Shown here piece after piece: positions 25,603-34,666 of a stretch of 64,000 nt of DNA. The notes beneath the pieces were generated by a model that saw nothing but the letters and a program-made list of their open reading frames with translations, did no database searches and was not told the DNA's origin. The position numbers and the translations under genes were made by a program. The first letter of the stretch is position 1. Each line of letters opens with the position of its first letter. This DNA comes from a virus. The stretch lies in the IMG/VR virus record IMGVR_UViG_3300037247_000924, one strand, 5' to 3'.

Positions 25603-25691
25603 CGGAAAGCGGAGGACCCGACCCCCAGACAACTTAATGCCTTCTAGTTTTCAAGACTAGCCGCAGCTCCATTGCCACTGCTTCACCTTCC
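25603..25691 (-). tRNA. tRNA-Ser(UGA)
   Basis: CTAGT CT-TGA-AA ACTAG; long variable arm; G73; non-canonical T-loop. Confidence 0.85.
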
Positions 25692-25696
25692 GTTTG

Positions 25697-25769
25697 TCTG
25701 AGTGGAGAGACTTGAACTCCCGTCCTGAGCATCCCAAATGCCCCGCGCTACCAACTGTGCCACACCCAG
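25697..25769 (-). tRNA. tRNA-Pro(UGG)
   Basis: GGGCA TT-TGG-GA TGCTC; C1:G72. Confidence 0.92.
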
Positions 25770-25781
25770 ATATTATTCCAC

Positions 25782-25813
25782 AAAAAAAGCCCCGGAGGTT
25801 ATCCGAGGCTTTT
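25782..25813 (-). terminator. Attenuator terminator A (upstream of the Pro...His block)
   Basis: GCCTCGGA-TAACC-TCCGGGGC-TTTTTTT, ending 12 nt before tRNA-Pro. Confidence 0.9.
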
Positions 25814-25832
25814 CCTATATATGTCGTGAATC

Positions 25833-25901
25833 TTACATAGGCGTATCCCCCGGACTTGCGTTCGGCAGCGAATAGCGACTATGTAAGAGTTGTTGAATCA
25901 C
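25833..25901 (-). CDS. Leader peptide A, (M)IQQLLHSRYSLPNASPGDTPM
   Basis: GTG ATT CAA CAA CTC TTA CAT AGT CGC TAT TCG CTG CCG AAC GCA AGT CCG GGG GAT ACG CCT ATG TAA; GTG 4 nt after the -7 box (leaderless). Confidence 0.85.
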   Translation of the reverse strand: MIQQLLHSRYSLPNASPGDTPM

Positions 25902-25905
25902 GATG

Positions 25906-25913
25906 CAAATATA
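25906..25913 (-). promoter_or_regulatory. -7 promoter element TATATTTG (operon A)
   Basis: Exact TAnnTTTG match. Confidence 0.78.
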
Positions 25914-25927
25914 CTACTCTTTTTCGA

Positions 25928-26251
25928 TTATTTTAAAAACGCCTCTCTTTTTATTTTATCATAATCTACTCCCTTACAAATTTGTTTAGTCAAAAACCTA
26001 CAATAATCCGGATTAACTTTTTGTCTGTATCCAAGTAAATGCATAGAATTAGCTTTTCCCTTTAGTTTATGAGATTTAACCTTATAAAAAATCCCCCAAT
26101 AATCTTTTATTCTCTTTTTAAGCTTTCTGGATATTCTAGGATTCTCTCTAAGACAGTGTTTTGTTTTAGGTTCCGTAAAATGTTTTTCTAACTCTTCATA
26201 TAGAATAGCCTTCATTCTTCTTTGCCTAGCTCCTGTCTGGATTAATTGCAC
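25928..26251 (-). CDS. Hypothetical basic protein
   Basis: 107-aa ORF; start uncertain. Confidence 0.45.
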   Translation of the reverse strand: MQLIQTGARQRRMKAILYEELEKHFTEPKTKHCLRENPRISRKLKKRIKDYWGIFYKVKSHKLKGKANSMHLLGYRQKVNPDYCRFLTKQICKGVDYDKIKREAFLK

Positions 26252-26379
26252 AACTCGTACAGTCTTTACCTGAATGATGATCTACTGGACAGGGCCTATC
26301 TGTCAAGAGATCGCATTGCCTCTTACCGTCTTCCCAATAATAATGAAACATCCCTGATAATTCGGTTTCTGGCATCTTC

Positions 26380-26745
26380 TTAAAGTGTTTCAAAATAGAA
26401 TTTTACTTTAACTCCTGTTTCTTTGATAAGTCCGTAATCTTTTGCCATTCGATATGCACTTGAATCCCTCTGGAGCCGTTCACATTGTTTCTGAAGCTCT
26501 TCCCTGAATTTCTCAATGGTAAAAGTGTCCTTCCACCTATTGCATCTAGGGCAGCTAGGATTTGAGTTTTCTAAAGTATCAGCACCCTTTTTTAACTTAT
26601 ACTTTTCACATTCCTCTAGTGTCATGTTGTGCCAATGAGCTTCGATATGGTCTACATGCCAACCCTTCTGTAATTCACAACCACAGTAGGCGCACTTACC
26701 TCCGTACTTATCAAATATAAACTTTCTATCGCTTGCTTTACTCAT
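26380..26745 (-). CDS. HNH endonuclease
   Basis: CAYCG...WHVDHI...NPSCPRCNRWK. Confidence 0.88.
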   Translation of the reverse strand: MSKASDRKFIFDKYGGKCAYCGCELQKGWHVDHIEAHWHNMTLEECEKYKLKKGADTLENSNPSCPRCNRWKDTFTIEKFREELQKQCERLQRDSSAYRMAKDYGLIKETGVKVKFYFETL

Positions 26746-26790
26746 CCTCTAAGGTTGCTTTTTTGAGCGTATTATCCATATCTAACTCTT

Positions 26791-26994
26791 CTAATTTCTC
26801 TTTTTGATCGAATGATCATTGGCTAAAAGTCGTTTATATGCTTCTATACCCGCCTCTGTAAGTTCGTATTTCCCTTTAACCTCCCTGAACCATTCCGCAT
26901 TTATATTTGAACCAGAACCAATAAGAATACACTTAGTAGGCTTTCCTTTATCCCACCAACTAGCGTTCTTGAGTTTTTTAATATCGTAGTTCAT
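26791..26994 (-). CDS. Hypothetical protein
   Basis: 67-aa ORF. Confidence 0.4.
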   Translation of the reverse strand: MNYDIKKLKNASWWDKGKPTKCILIGSGSNINAEWFREVKGKYELTEAGIEAYKRLLANDHSIKKRN

Positions 26995-27069
26995 TATATT
27001 CTAATTACTAATTTGATAATTATTAGTAATGGTTAGTAATACGCCACAACCGTCATTAGTTTATACTCA

Positions 27070-27549
27070 CTATTTACCATGCTCCTCATCATGGCACTTC
27101 TCACAAAGAGTTATCATATCCTTTCCTTTCGCTTCCCATATATAACTATTCTTTCGATACTTAAGATGGTGAACATGCAGCATACTGTCTTTATCACCAC
27201 ACCTCCTGCAAGTAAATTTGTCTCTCTCTAGTATCTGTAGCCTTCTCCGCTGCCAATTCGGGTGCCTGTACTGCTCTTTCCATGTTAAGGGCTCCGCTAC
27301 AGGTATAAATCTAACCTTTTTGTTTTTAAACTTACTTCTTTTCTTTCTACACGGCTTCCCGGTTAAATGTTTATTCCTTAGGTCCAAAAACTCCTGCATA
27401 GCGTTCTCGGTATACTCCTTTCCGATCAATTGCTTTTTCCATCCTTTAGGAGTAAACTTAAAAACGCCTAACGCCCTGAATTGAGCATTAGACCATCCGC
27501 CATGACGACTCTTTGCGGCATCCATAATATCCTGGGTCATCACTACCAT
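27070..27549 (-). CDS. HNH endonuclease with extra N-terminal domain
   Basis: WQRRRLQILERDKFTCRRCG...LHVHH...TLCEKCHDEEH; N-terminal GGWSNAQ...PKGWKK. Confidence 0.85.
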   Translation of the reverse strand: MVVMTQDIMDAAKSRHGGWSNAQFRALGVFKFTPKGWKKQLIGKEYTENAMQEFLDLRNKHLTGKPCRKKRSKFKNKKVRFIPVAEPLTWKEQYRHPNWQRRRLQILERDKFTCRRCGDKDSMLHVHHLKYRKNSYIWEAKGKDMITLCEKCHDEEHGK

Positions 27550-27796
27550 ACCAACTCTTTCTCTGAAATCCCTTATTCAGCAGTTTAAAACCTGTTTAGT
27601 TCTACTATAATCTAATCATTTACTCCTAATCCTCTGTACGATTAGTGGAATAGGTCGTCGAATTTTCAGCTTAACCGTCCTCAGTTGTCGAGGTATTCCC
27701 AGGAAGGTTCCCACCTTTCCCTTCTTCAATCTTAGATAACCCTTTTGTTTCTACCTTCTTGCGGTACTTCGGTTGGGTTGTAAGAACCGATATTAG

Positions 27797-27875
27797 TGGA
27801 GAGTGAAGGACTCGAACCTCCGACCTGCTGTCTTAACCGTGCGCACCGCTGCTCTACCAACTGAGCTAACTCCCC
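27797..27875 (-). tRNA. tRNA-Ala-like RNA with 13-nt anticodon loop
   Basis: Acceptor GGGGAGT/ACTCTCC-A (G3:U70), canonical D and T arms, anticodon arm GCGGT-GCGCACGGTTAAG-ACAGC. Confidence 0.7.
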
Positions 27876-28075
27876 ATATGATAACCTGTTAATCCCTTAC
27901 AGAAGGATTAAAGTACAAAGGGTCGGCATAACTTTCAGCCTCCTTCCACCCTCGCGTGTACCTCTCCTATCAACTGCTGTAAAACTTATCTCAATACTGC
28001 TTTTTAAGAGCATCTATTAATATATTGAATCAAAGAGCAGGTTATCAATATTTAAAGAACAATGAGAAAGTATCG

Positions 28076-28126
28076 GACAAAAAGAATCCCGATGCAAACT
28101 AGAGCCAGCACATCGGGAAATTCTTT
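28076..28126. terminator. Long hairpin, bidirectional terminator-like
   Basis: AAAGAATCCCGATG...CATCGGGAAATTCTTT flanked by A and T tracts. Confidence 0.65.
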
Positions 28127-28246
28127 CACGGTATCAGGGGTATCCCTTCTACGTTATAATGTCATTCGAGAATTAGCTGGCTTAATAGTTATTTTCTCTG
28201 ACTACAAAGTAAAGCATTATATATTTAACATACAAGGGTAAATTAC

Positions 28247-28272
28247 AAAACCCCCTGAATAATCAGAGGGCT
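28247..28272 (-). terminator. Intrinsic terminator
   Basis: GCCCTCTGA-TTAT-TCAGGGGGT-TTTG. Confidence 0.7.
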
Positions 28273-28338
28273 TGCACAAATTTAACATTAGAGCTACTTC
28301 TTGCAGCACCCATCTACGGGTAATCAAATATACTGAAT

Positions 28339-28701
28339 TTAAAGCGGATCCAGCGGGTCACCAAAGATCTTTATACACTTTTCTGCCTCAGTCTTCTCTT
28401 CTGCTTGATCTGCTAGTTGATCTTTAAACATCTCCCTAGTGATTTGTTTCCGATCAGCCCAGGCTACTCTCCTACGCTGAGACAAGCAGAAGCTACCAAA
28501 TCCAGGAATCCACACAAGCCTCTTTTCTATAGCCATTTGACTAGCAGTAAAGTTGAGTGTCTTCCTAATTATGGACCGAACCACAGTCACGGAGAGCCCC
28601 TGTTCTGCGGCGATCTTACTCACAATCTTTTCAAGTCCTGGTTCAAAAGGTTCAGGTCGGGACCTTGTTACAGGGAAGTGATTGACTACAAGCTTAGCCA
28701 T
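28339..28701 (-). CDS. HU/IHF-like DNA-binding protein
   Basis: IVSKIAAEQGLS...VWIPGFGSFCL, HU family pattern. Confidence 0.75.
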   Translation of the reverse strand: MAKLVVNHFPVTRSRPEPFEPGLEKIVSKIAAEQGLSVTVVRSIIRKTLNFTASQMAIEKRLVWIPGFGSFCLSQRRRVAWADRKQITREMFKDQLADQAEEKTEAEKCIKIFGDPLDPL

Positions 28702-28706
28702 AGAAT

Positions 28707-29063
28707 CTACTTCAAAACAAGACGGTAATTGATCTCTAGAGGTTTTTTGGACGGGTATAACTTAACCAGGTCCGGACTGATTACTTTACCTTTTATCAGC
28801 CCCTTTTTCCTCAATGCGGTAATAGTCACATTTACCGCCCCCTCAGTCATTTTAAGCGCATCTGCGATTTTCACCCTCAGTCCTTTTGAGAAGAGCTTTT
28901 CACTAAGCTCCTTTTCGTCGTACTTGTCTTTATTGAGGTAGTGAACTAGCAGTATAGAAGACAGCACCTTTATCTCTTTGGGCCGTAGGGGCTTGACAAG
29001 GTGGAGTATCTTGAATAGATTCTCGAAGTAGTCCTCTGGCTTGGTTTTGACTAGGAAGTCCAT
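28707..29063 (-). CDS. Winged-helix DNA-binding protein
   Basis: IADALKMTEGAVNVTITALRKKGLI. Confidence 0.7.
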   Translation of the reverse strand: MDFLVKTKPEDYFENLFKILHLVKPLRPKEIKVLSSILLVHYLNKDKYDEKELSEKLFSKGLRVKIADALKMTEGAVNVTITALRKKGLIKGKVISPDLVKLYPSKKPLEINYRLVLK

Positions 29064-30152
29064 TATTTAATAACTAAAGTGCCAACAGGAACGGCTTTAA
29101 ACTTACAATGAGTGATTTCTGTAAAGCTGTAATTCTTATCTCTATGCCTGGATACAATATGCTCAGCTTGTCGTATATCATTTACAAATCCAATAGGTCT
29201 ATTGAATCCCACGGATTTACCGGCTATCGTCTCTATCCAAACCTCTTCAATCAAGAAAGTCTTCTTTTTGCGCTTTGGCCAATTGGCGATCAAGTAGCCT
29301 ATAAAGCCGCCCAGAAGAAAAAATGTAATTATTTCTGTCATATCTTAGTTTAATACCATTTCTCTTTAAATTCAGCTGCAATCATCTCATTCACATTACC
29401 CCCTGCATATTTAGCAGTTTTCTCGTTATGGATCATGTAGCAACCGCTTGCCATAGGGTTCATTATATTCATCTTAAAGCTGGCGCAATAAATTGGATTT
29501 TCCTGCCTAATCAGAAACTCCTCTTTAGTCAGAACCATCAAGTCCTCTTTTAGCTTTCCGCACATAAAGGTATACTCCTCATACTTCTTGGTAATCTCAA
29601 GAAGCTTCTCTTCTGTTACGCAATCTTTCAGGTCAGAGTGGTCCTGTATAGCGAATATGGTTTTTAGGTACTCATCACCTATTCGTTCCCGATCAGCACT
29701 AAGCTTAGCCCTCTCATATCCACGGTAATGCTTAGTATCCTCCTGTTCTTGCTCAAGCCTTAGGATTGGGGTATCTTCCTCAAATGATACAAATTTGTTG
29801 TTTACAATCCAGTTCTTGTCGTCTATCCTAGTGATATTACTTTTAGTATCTGAAGAAGATGAGTTGAAGAAAAGGCCTGATTTTCCTATTAAGAGACCTA
29901 GTACTACGTATAGAAGGAGTGTTGCTAATATTTCTATCATGTTATTTCTGATTTCTGGGGCTTAACCTTATATTTCCATTCAAGCATTGTTTCAATTCCA
30001 AAGAACCGCAGAAGTCTACGCCACCACACCATTCTGAGATTTAATACTACAAGATATTCACCATTCAACAAGTCTCCTTTTTTGAAGAAGCCCTCTTTAA
30101 ATACTAGCGTAAATGATTCATTCCCAGTACCAGCTACAGTTTCTGTAGCCAT
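29063..30152 (-). other. Three hypothetical ORFs (29063..29341, 29350..29940, 29937..30152)
   Basis: Abutting or overlapping ORFs; the first two have N-terminal hydrophobic anchors. Confidence 0.5.
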
Positions 30153-30347
30153 CTACTTCTTATAGGTCTTACTAGCCTGTTTTAAAGCGGAGGCATACTT
30201 AGTACGTGGATGTGTCACTATGTAATCAGCTAAGTGTTGAAGCCAAGGTGTCTTCTTCTTAACTGCAGTCTTTTTAGCAACCACTTTCTTTACAACCTTT
30301 TTCCGGCTGTTGAATGATCTCTTTTTACTGAATCCTTTAATTGGCAT
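30153..30347 (-). CDS. Small very basic histone H1/HMG-like DNA-binding protein
   Basis: KKVVKKVVAKKTAVKKK plus PWLQHLADYIVTHPRTKYASALKQASKTYKK. Confidence 0.55.
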   Translation of the reverse strand: MPIKGFSKKRSFNSRKKVVKKVVAKKTAVKKKTPWLQHLADYIVTHPRTKYASALKQASKTYKK

Positions 30348-30368
30348 CTTCTTTAAGTTTTAAACTAA

Positions 30369-31585
30369 TTAGTTAATATTTAATACTTCAGTATCATTGA
30401 CATATTCCAATTCGTCAACATACATATAATTTTGCCCATCCCCTTTAATCAACCAGGAATCCTTTATCTTTCCCTCTGCCGTGAATGACATCTCTCCTTC
30501 TCTTATTATCGAATCCTGAATATCAGACTTCAATTCTGAGTGCTTCAATCTTAGGGATTGAATAGCTAAAGTAGTTCTTTGTTCAAAGAAATCCCAATCC
30601 AGCTCTTTCTTTTTACAGCCATGGTTGATTCTCTCCACTAGAATCATCAGGGAATCGCGCTCAGCTAGCGTCCTGTCGCGGAAGTTACGTAAGTCAGCTA
30701 TAACATCCCGGTCCCGCATTATCTGGCCCTTAAGCTCTGTTAGCTCGTCTGGGGTAATTATTGGCTCTTCTATACAGTTCTCTGAATTGGGTCCTTCAGG
30801 AATCCTGATCTTTCCAACCTCCTTAGTTGTCTTCTCGTCAAATTCAAGGGCTGCCCTCTTTACCCCCCTACTAAACGCTTGGCATAGATCCCACTGATCT
30901 GCCGCACTGTAAGGGTTGCCGTTATACTCTCTACGCTTGCTTCCATGCAGATAACCTTGCTCCTCTGCTTCGCCTACAGTTTCTTTTATCTCAATTTCTG
31001 GTTCTTTGACTGCTTCTAGCTTCATTAGTTTATATTTAATTAATGATTATTAGTTCTAATTTAATTCTTTCACAAACTCTACTTTGCCGCTTTTAAACTT
31101 CTTGGACGGCTCACCTATTGGATTAATACTGGCATAGATCCCGTCAAACTCCTTTATAAAGAAGCGGTGATTGTCAATGGTTACTATATCGTGCCTCTTG
31201 ATCGCATGCGGGTCCTCAGGCTTAAGCATGTACCTGGTTGATGGTACCAGTCCACTAGTAGTGGTTGTTACTGTGAGGTGGGCGTCCATGTCCTATCTTC
31301 AAAGATTAGATACTTGTATGACTTCTCGAAACCCCCTTGATCGTGAGGTACTGGCGTCTCCCACTTCTCATGACTATCCCTAGCGTCGTTTATAGTGATG
31401 AAGACTTCTAGGTGCTCCTTGAGTATATATAGAGACTTATTGTTAATCTTAGCGTTAATCCTAGAATTGTCGGACTCTATAGCAAGAAGATAAGCTACAT
31501 ATCCCCGTTCCCCGGTAATGATTGAATATTTACCTGCTGCGCTTTCTAAAAACCCAACGAGCTCTTCTGGTGTGTCTAGTGTCAT
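30369..31585 (-). other. Hypothetical ORFs (30369..31025, 31056..31289, 31268..31585)
   Basis: Co-oriented ORFs with no recognisable motifs. Confidence 0.5.
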
Positions 31586-31887
31586 TTCTTAAATTTTTGA
31601 GTCGTTAATATCTGGTGCAGCATTCTGGAAAATAATTCCACAAATTTCTCGTCCCTAGACAGCTTGTCATATCCTGCCTTTTTTATGATAAAATGCGTCA
31701 TTTCATGAAGATAGGTGACCTCTATCTTCTGCTTTGATAACACCTTGCCTTCACACTTATTTGTTAGTAATATTTCATTATCCTGATAAATAGCTAACCC
31801 ATATGCATTTTCTTTATCGCACTTCTCGTTATCCCAAATAACCTTAATGGTCTCTCCGAATAATTGGAATTCTTCAGGTATTCTCAT
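31582..31887 (-). CDS. Zn metallopeptidase-like protein (HExxH)
   Basis: YLHEMTH motif; MRIPEEFQLFGETIKV typical of small phage zincins. Confidence 0.7.
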   Translation of the reverse strand: MRIPEEFQLFGETIKVIWDNEKCDKENAYGLAIYQDNEILLTNKCEGKVLSKQKIEVTYLHEMTHFIIKKAGYDKLSRDEKFVELFSRMLHQILTTQKFKK

Positions 31888-32048
31888 ACTTTCTTTTTAA
31901 AATCCTCAGGCGGATACTTATCTGTATCGATAACCTTATGGCCACCAATAATGTCTGGTACTATCGCCTGTGGGCGGATAAGAGCCGTTACGTCCGATGG
32001 ATGTAGGCTAGCTAACCTTGCAAATTCTGCTAATGATACTTGAGTCAT
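31884..32048 (-). CDS. Small Xis/HTH-like DNA-binding protein (54 aa, absent from ORF track)
   Basis: MTQVSLAEFARLASLHPSDVTALIRPQAIVPDIIGGHKVIDTDKYPPEDFKKKV; paralog of 34971..35204; TGA overlaps the next ATG. Confidence 0.75.
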   Translation of the reverse strand: MTQVSLAEFARLASLHPSDVTALIRPQAIVPDIIGGHKVIDTDKYPPEDFKKKV

Positions 32049-32066
32049 AGTTTCTTATTACGGCAA

Positions 32067-32125
32067 CAAAAATATACCTTTTGAAAGATTTATGCAAGTT
32101 ATTTTCGAAATAATTATTACTTTTG
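32067..32125. promoter_or_regulatory. Divergent -7 promoter pair
   Basis: TATTTTTG on - (32067..32074) and TACTTTTG on + (32118..32125) at the strand switch. Confidence 0.65.
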
Positions 32126-32687
32126 TCCCAAACCTATTAGTTTTAAACTAAAAATGAACAAGCCTAAAGTCGTATATATCTGCTTACTGGATGAACTTCC
32201 TAAACGCACAACCTGGAGTAATCATGTAGTAGAGTACCGACTATCGTATTATAGGGGGCTCCTTGGATCATTCGAAGTACATTGCAATTAACATGACTCA
32301 CCAGATGTTCTGTACAAAGTGTCGCACCTTTACTTCTCACAAAGAGATAGTAAACTTCCTGATATGTATGCCCTGTCACCCAGAGAAGATCTCCCTGAGC
32401 TCAAAAGAGAAGCCCTCTAGGGTGAAAAGGGCAAGACAATTTTTAGCACAGCTATTCTAATGGCAATAAGCTTAAATATACACAAGAACCCTGAATTTAG
32501 AGAGTTGGTGATAATACTGATCCTATTTGCATTGATTGTGCTGGGGGTTGAAAACTGTTGATATGAGTAAGAAGCTAACAGCCAGACAATTCGCAGTAAA
32601 AGCCATCCATGTAGACAGGCTTAACCTTCGCAACCCCTCTATCTTAGCTAAGTTGCTAAAGGAGTATCATGAACAAGAACTGGAACT

Positions 32688-34091
32688 ATGACAAATAAAG
32701 AGATAATAGAAAAAGCCCTCCAGAAGGCGCTAAACAACGGTTGGGCCGGTTATAGTATCGGGGGTAGGGATACGGTTATTAACGCAGGGGCGGTTGTTGC
32801 GAACGATAAGATAGAAGTCTCCGTGGTGTATACCTTCCCTGGGGATTCGAGTAATTACGTAGACATCATCCCGGCAGCTCTGTTAATCTTCAACCATTCG
32901 TTTTCTGAGGCCTTCCATGGAGAGTTATTTGAAGTGCCTCTACTAAATGGGATTCAAGGAGATATTAGCGATACCCCTGAGATTATAGTAAACGTTACTG
33001 ATCCCGAGGGTAGACATATTACGCATGTACAGCCAAACTATATAGCTCAGCATGAGCAAGATCCGCTTATGAAGGATGCCCCGCATTGGCATCGAACTAA
33101 TGGTCACATTAACTTATCCGGGAATTATAAGCGGGATAATGTACATATCAGGTTTAATCAAAGCGCCTGGAGATTCCACCTGCAACAAATGGTTATGGAG
33201 AAGGATCCAATTAAATACTTAGCACAGTTCGTATGAAAACACCAAGAAAGATTAAGAAGTGCTCAGCACTCAAGACAGGGATATTAGTAATGGACCTAAA
33301 ATCCGTTCCTAAATACATGGACTTAGCCCAGTTGAATTACCTTATTCACCTTACAGGTATCGCTATCTGGGATAGCTCCCTTGGTGGAGAAGCGCCAAAA
33401 CTGATCGGAAGGAAGTATAAGCGATTCAAGATAGTGGATACGAGTAAGGATAATCCTAATTTTATAGAAGTATGAGTAAGCCGCAGGCACTTGTAAACAA
33501 AAAGACCGTAGAGACTATTCTCCGTGGCCTGATAATACAGAACCCCACAACTATGCTTGCCTGGACCGTAAATAAGAAGATACGTGAAGGAGCAGCTAGC
33601 TTGGGGATAATTATTGAAGAGTAATCTTAAAAATCATGAATAAAAGTAAAGAAACAGCATTCATTACCCCTTATAAAGTAAGAGGTGTTCTCCGAGAGGT
33701 ATTTAAAACGCCAGATGACGGCCAGCCACACATCTTTACCGAGGGAAAAAGACGTGATCTGCCGGATAATCGGGATTTTGAAATCAGCATAGAGCCTAGT
33801 TCCCTGGATTTTATTAGGAGCAAGAGAGTGCCGGAAGCTGTACTGGATGCGGCAAGAATTCATCTAAAGGGCACTGATCCAAGGATTCTGAAGACCTTAA
33901 CTACCAACGCTGAGGATCCTTCGGAGATAGATCAGGATATCAAAGATCAATTTCCTTACTTGAATGAGGTGATTAAAGGGTATATATCCCCAAAGGGTGA
34001 TCCTAACCTTATTTTGGGGCATCAGGTGGCCAATGGACTACAGAAGGCTAAGAGAGAAGGCGCTATGTGGGAGAGGAATAGAAAAAAATAA
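32688..34091 (+). other. Hypothetical ORFs (32688..33236, 33233..33475, 33636..34091)
   Basis: Co-oriented ORFs with plausible starts. Confidence 0.5.
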
Positions 34092-34142
34092 AATTCCTAA
34101 AAAATTTTGACTCGATATTTATAAGCGTCTGAACCACCCCTT

Positions 34143-34189
34143 AGACCCACCCCCGCTCTGATTGGATTGGGGTAAGCGGGGGTGGGTCT
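34143..34189. repeat. Perfect 15-bp GC-rich inverted repeat
   Basis: AGACCCACCCCCGCT-(17 nt)-AGCGGGGGTGGGTCT. Confidence 0.9.
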
Positions 34190-34357
34190 TTCTGATTCCT
34201 CCCTTAGATATTCTCTCTGTAATTGCATTTTGGATCCAGGTAAGCCGATTTAAGGCCGTTTAACTCTATTGCAGTACATTACCTTGCTCTGCGCCTAGAT
34301 CATCTCGCTATTACGCCCTGCTGCGCCTGTGGTGGGAAAACTGATAGTAGGATGATG

Positions 34358-34666
34358 CTATCCTAATCTCTCTGGGTCGGGGATAAAGTTATAGTCTGGG
34401 AACTTGTCAGGGTTGCTGCATCTGCGTTGTATAGTCCTATCTGATACATTCATCACCTCACCAGCTACACGTGAACTATAAAACCTTCGGCCTAGTACCT
34501 GATAGTATCCCTTATACTTTGGGTGTCTCTTGCCTAACTTGGCCATACGCATTAGACGCTTCGTGTCCTTACTAGCCTTTGTACCGGTTGCGTGGTGGTC
34601 CTTGCCTGATGGAGCTTTGCGACCATTCCAAGTTGGTAGCGAAGTTATTTTCCTTGTTACCATCAA
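34358..34666 (-). CDS. NUMOD3/NUMOD1-type DNA-binding protein without a nuclease domain
   Basis: ASKDTKRLMRMAKLGK (NUMOD3-like); GRRFYSSRVAGEVMNVSDRTIQRRC...FPDY (intron-endonuclease C-terminal HTH-like). Confidence 0.55.
   Translation of the reverse strand: MMVTRKITSLPTWNGRKAPSGKDHHATGTKASKDTKRLMRMAKLGKRHPKYKGYYQVLGRRFYSSRVAGEVMNVSDRTIQRRCSNPDKFPDYNFIPDPERLG

Noticed and set aside
28052-28129. 25-aa hydrophobic peptide (type I toxin-like) across the hairpin
   Set aside because: GTG start without a clear initiation context; the hydrophobicity is explained by the U-rich terminator sequence.
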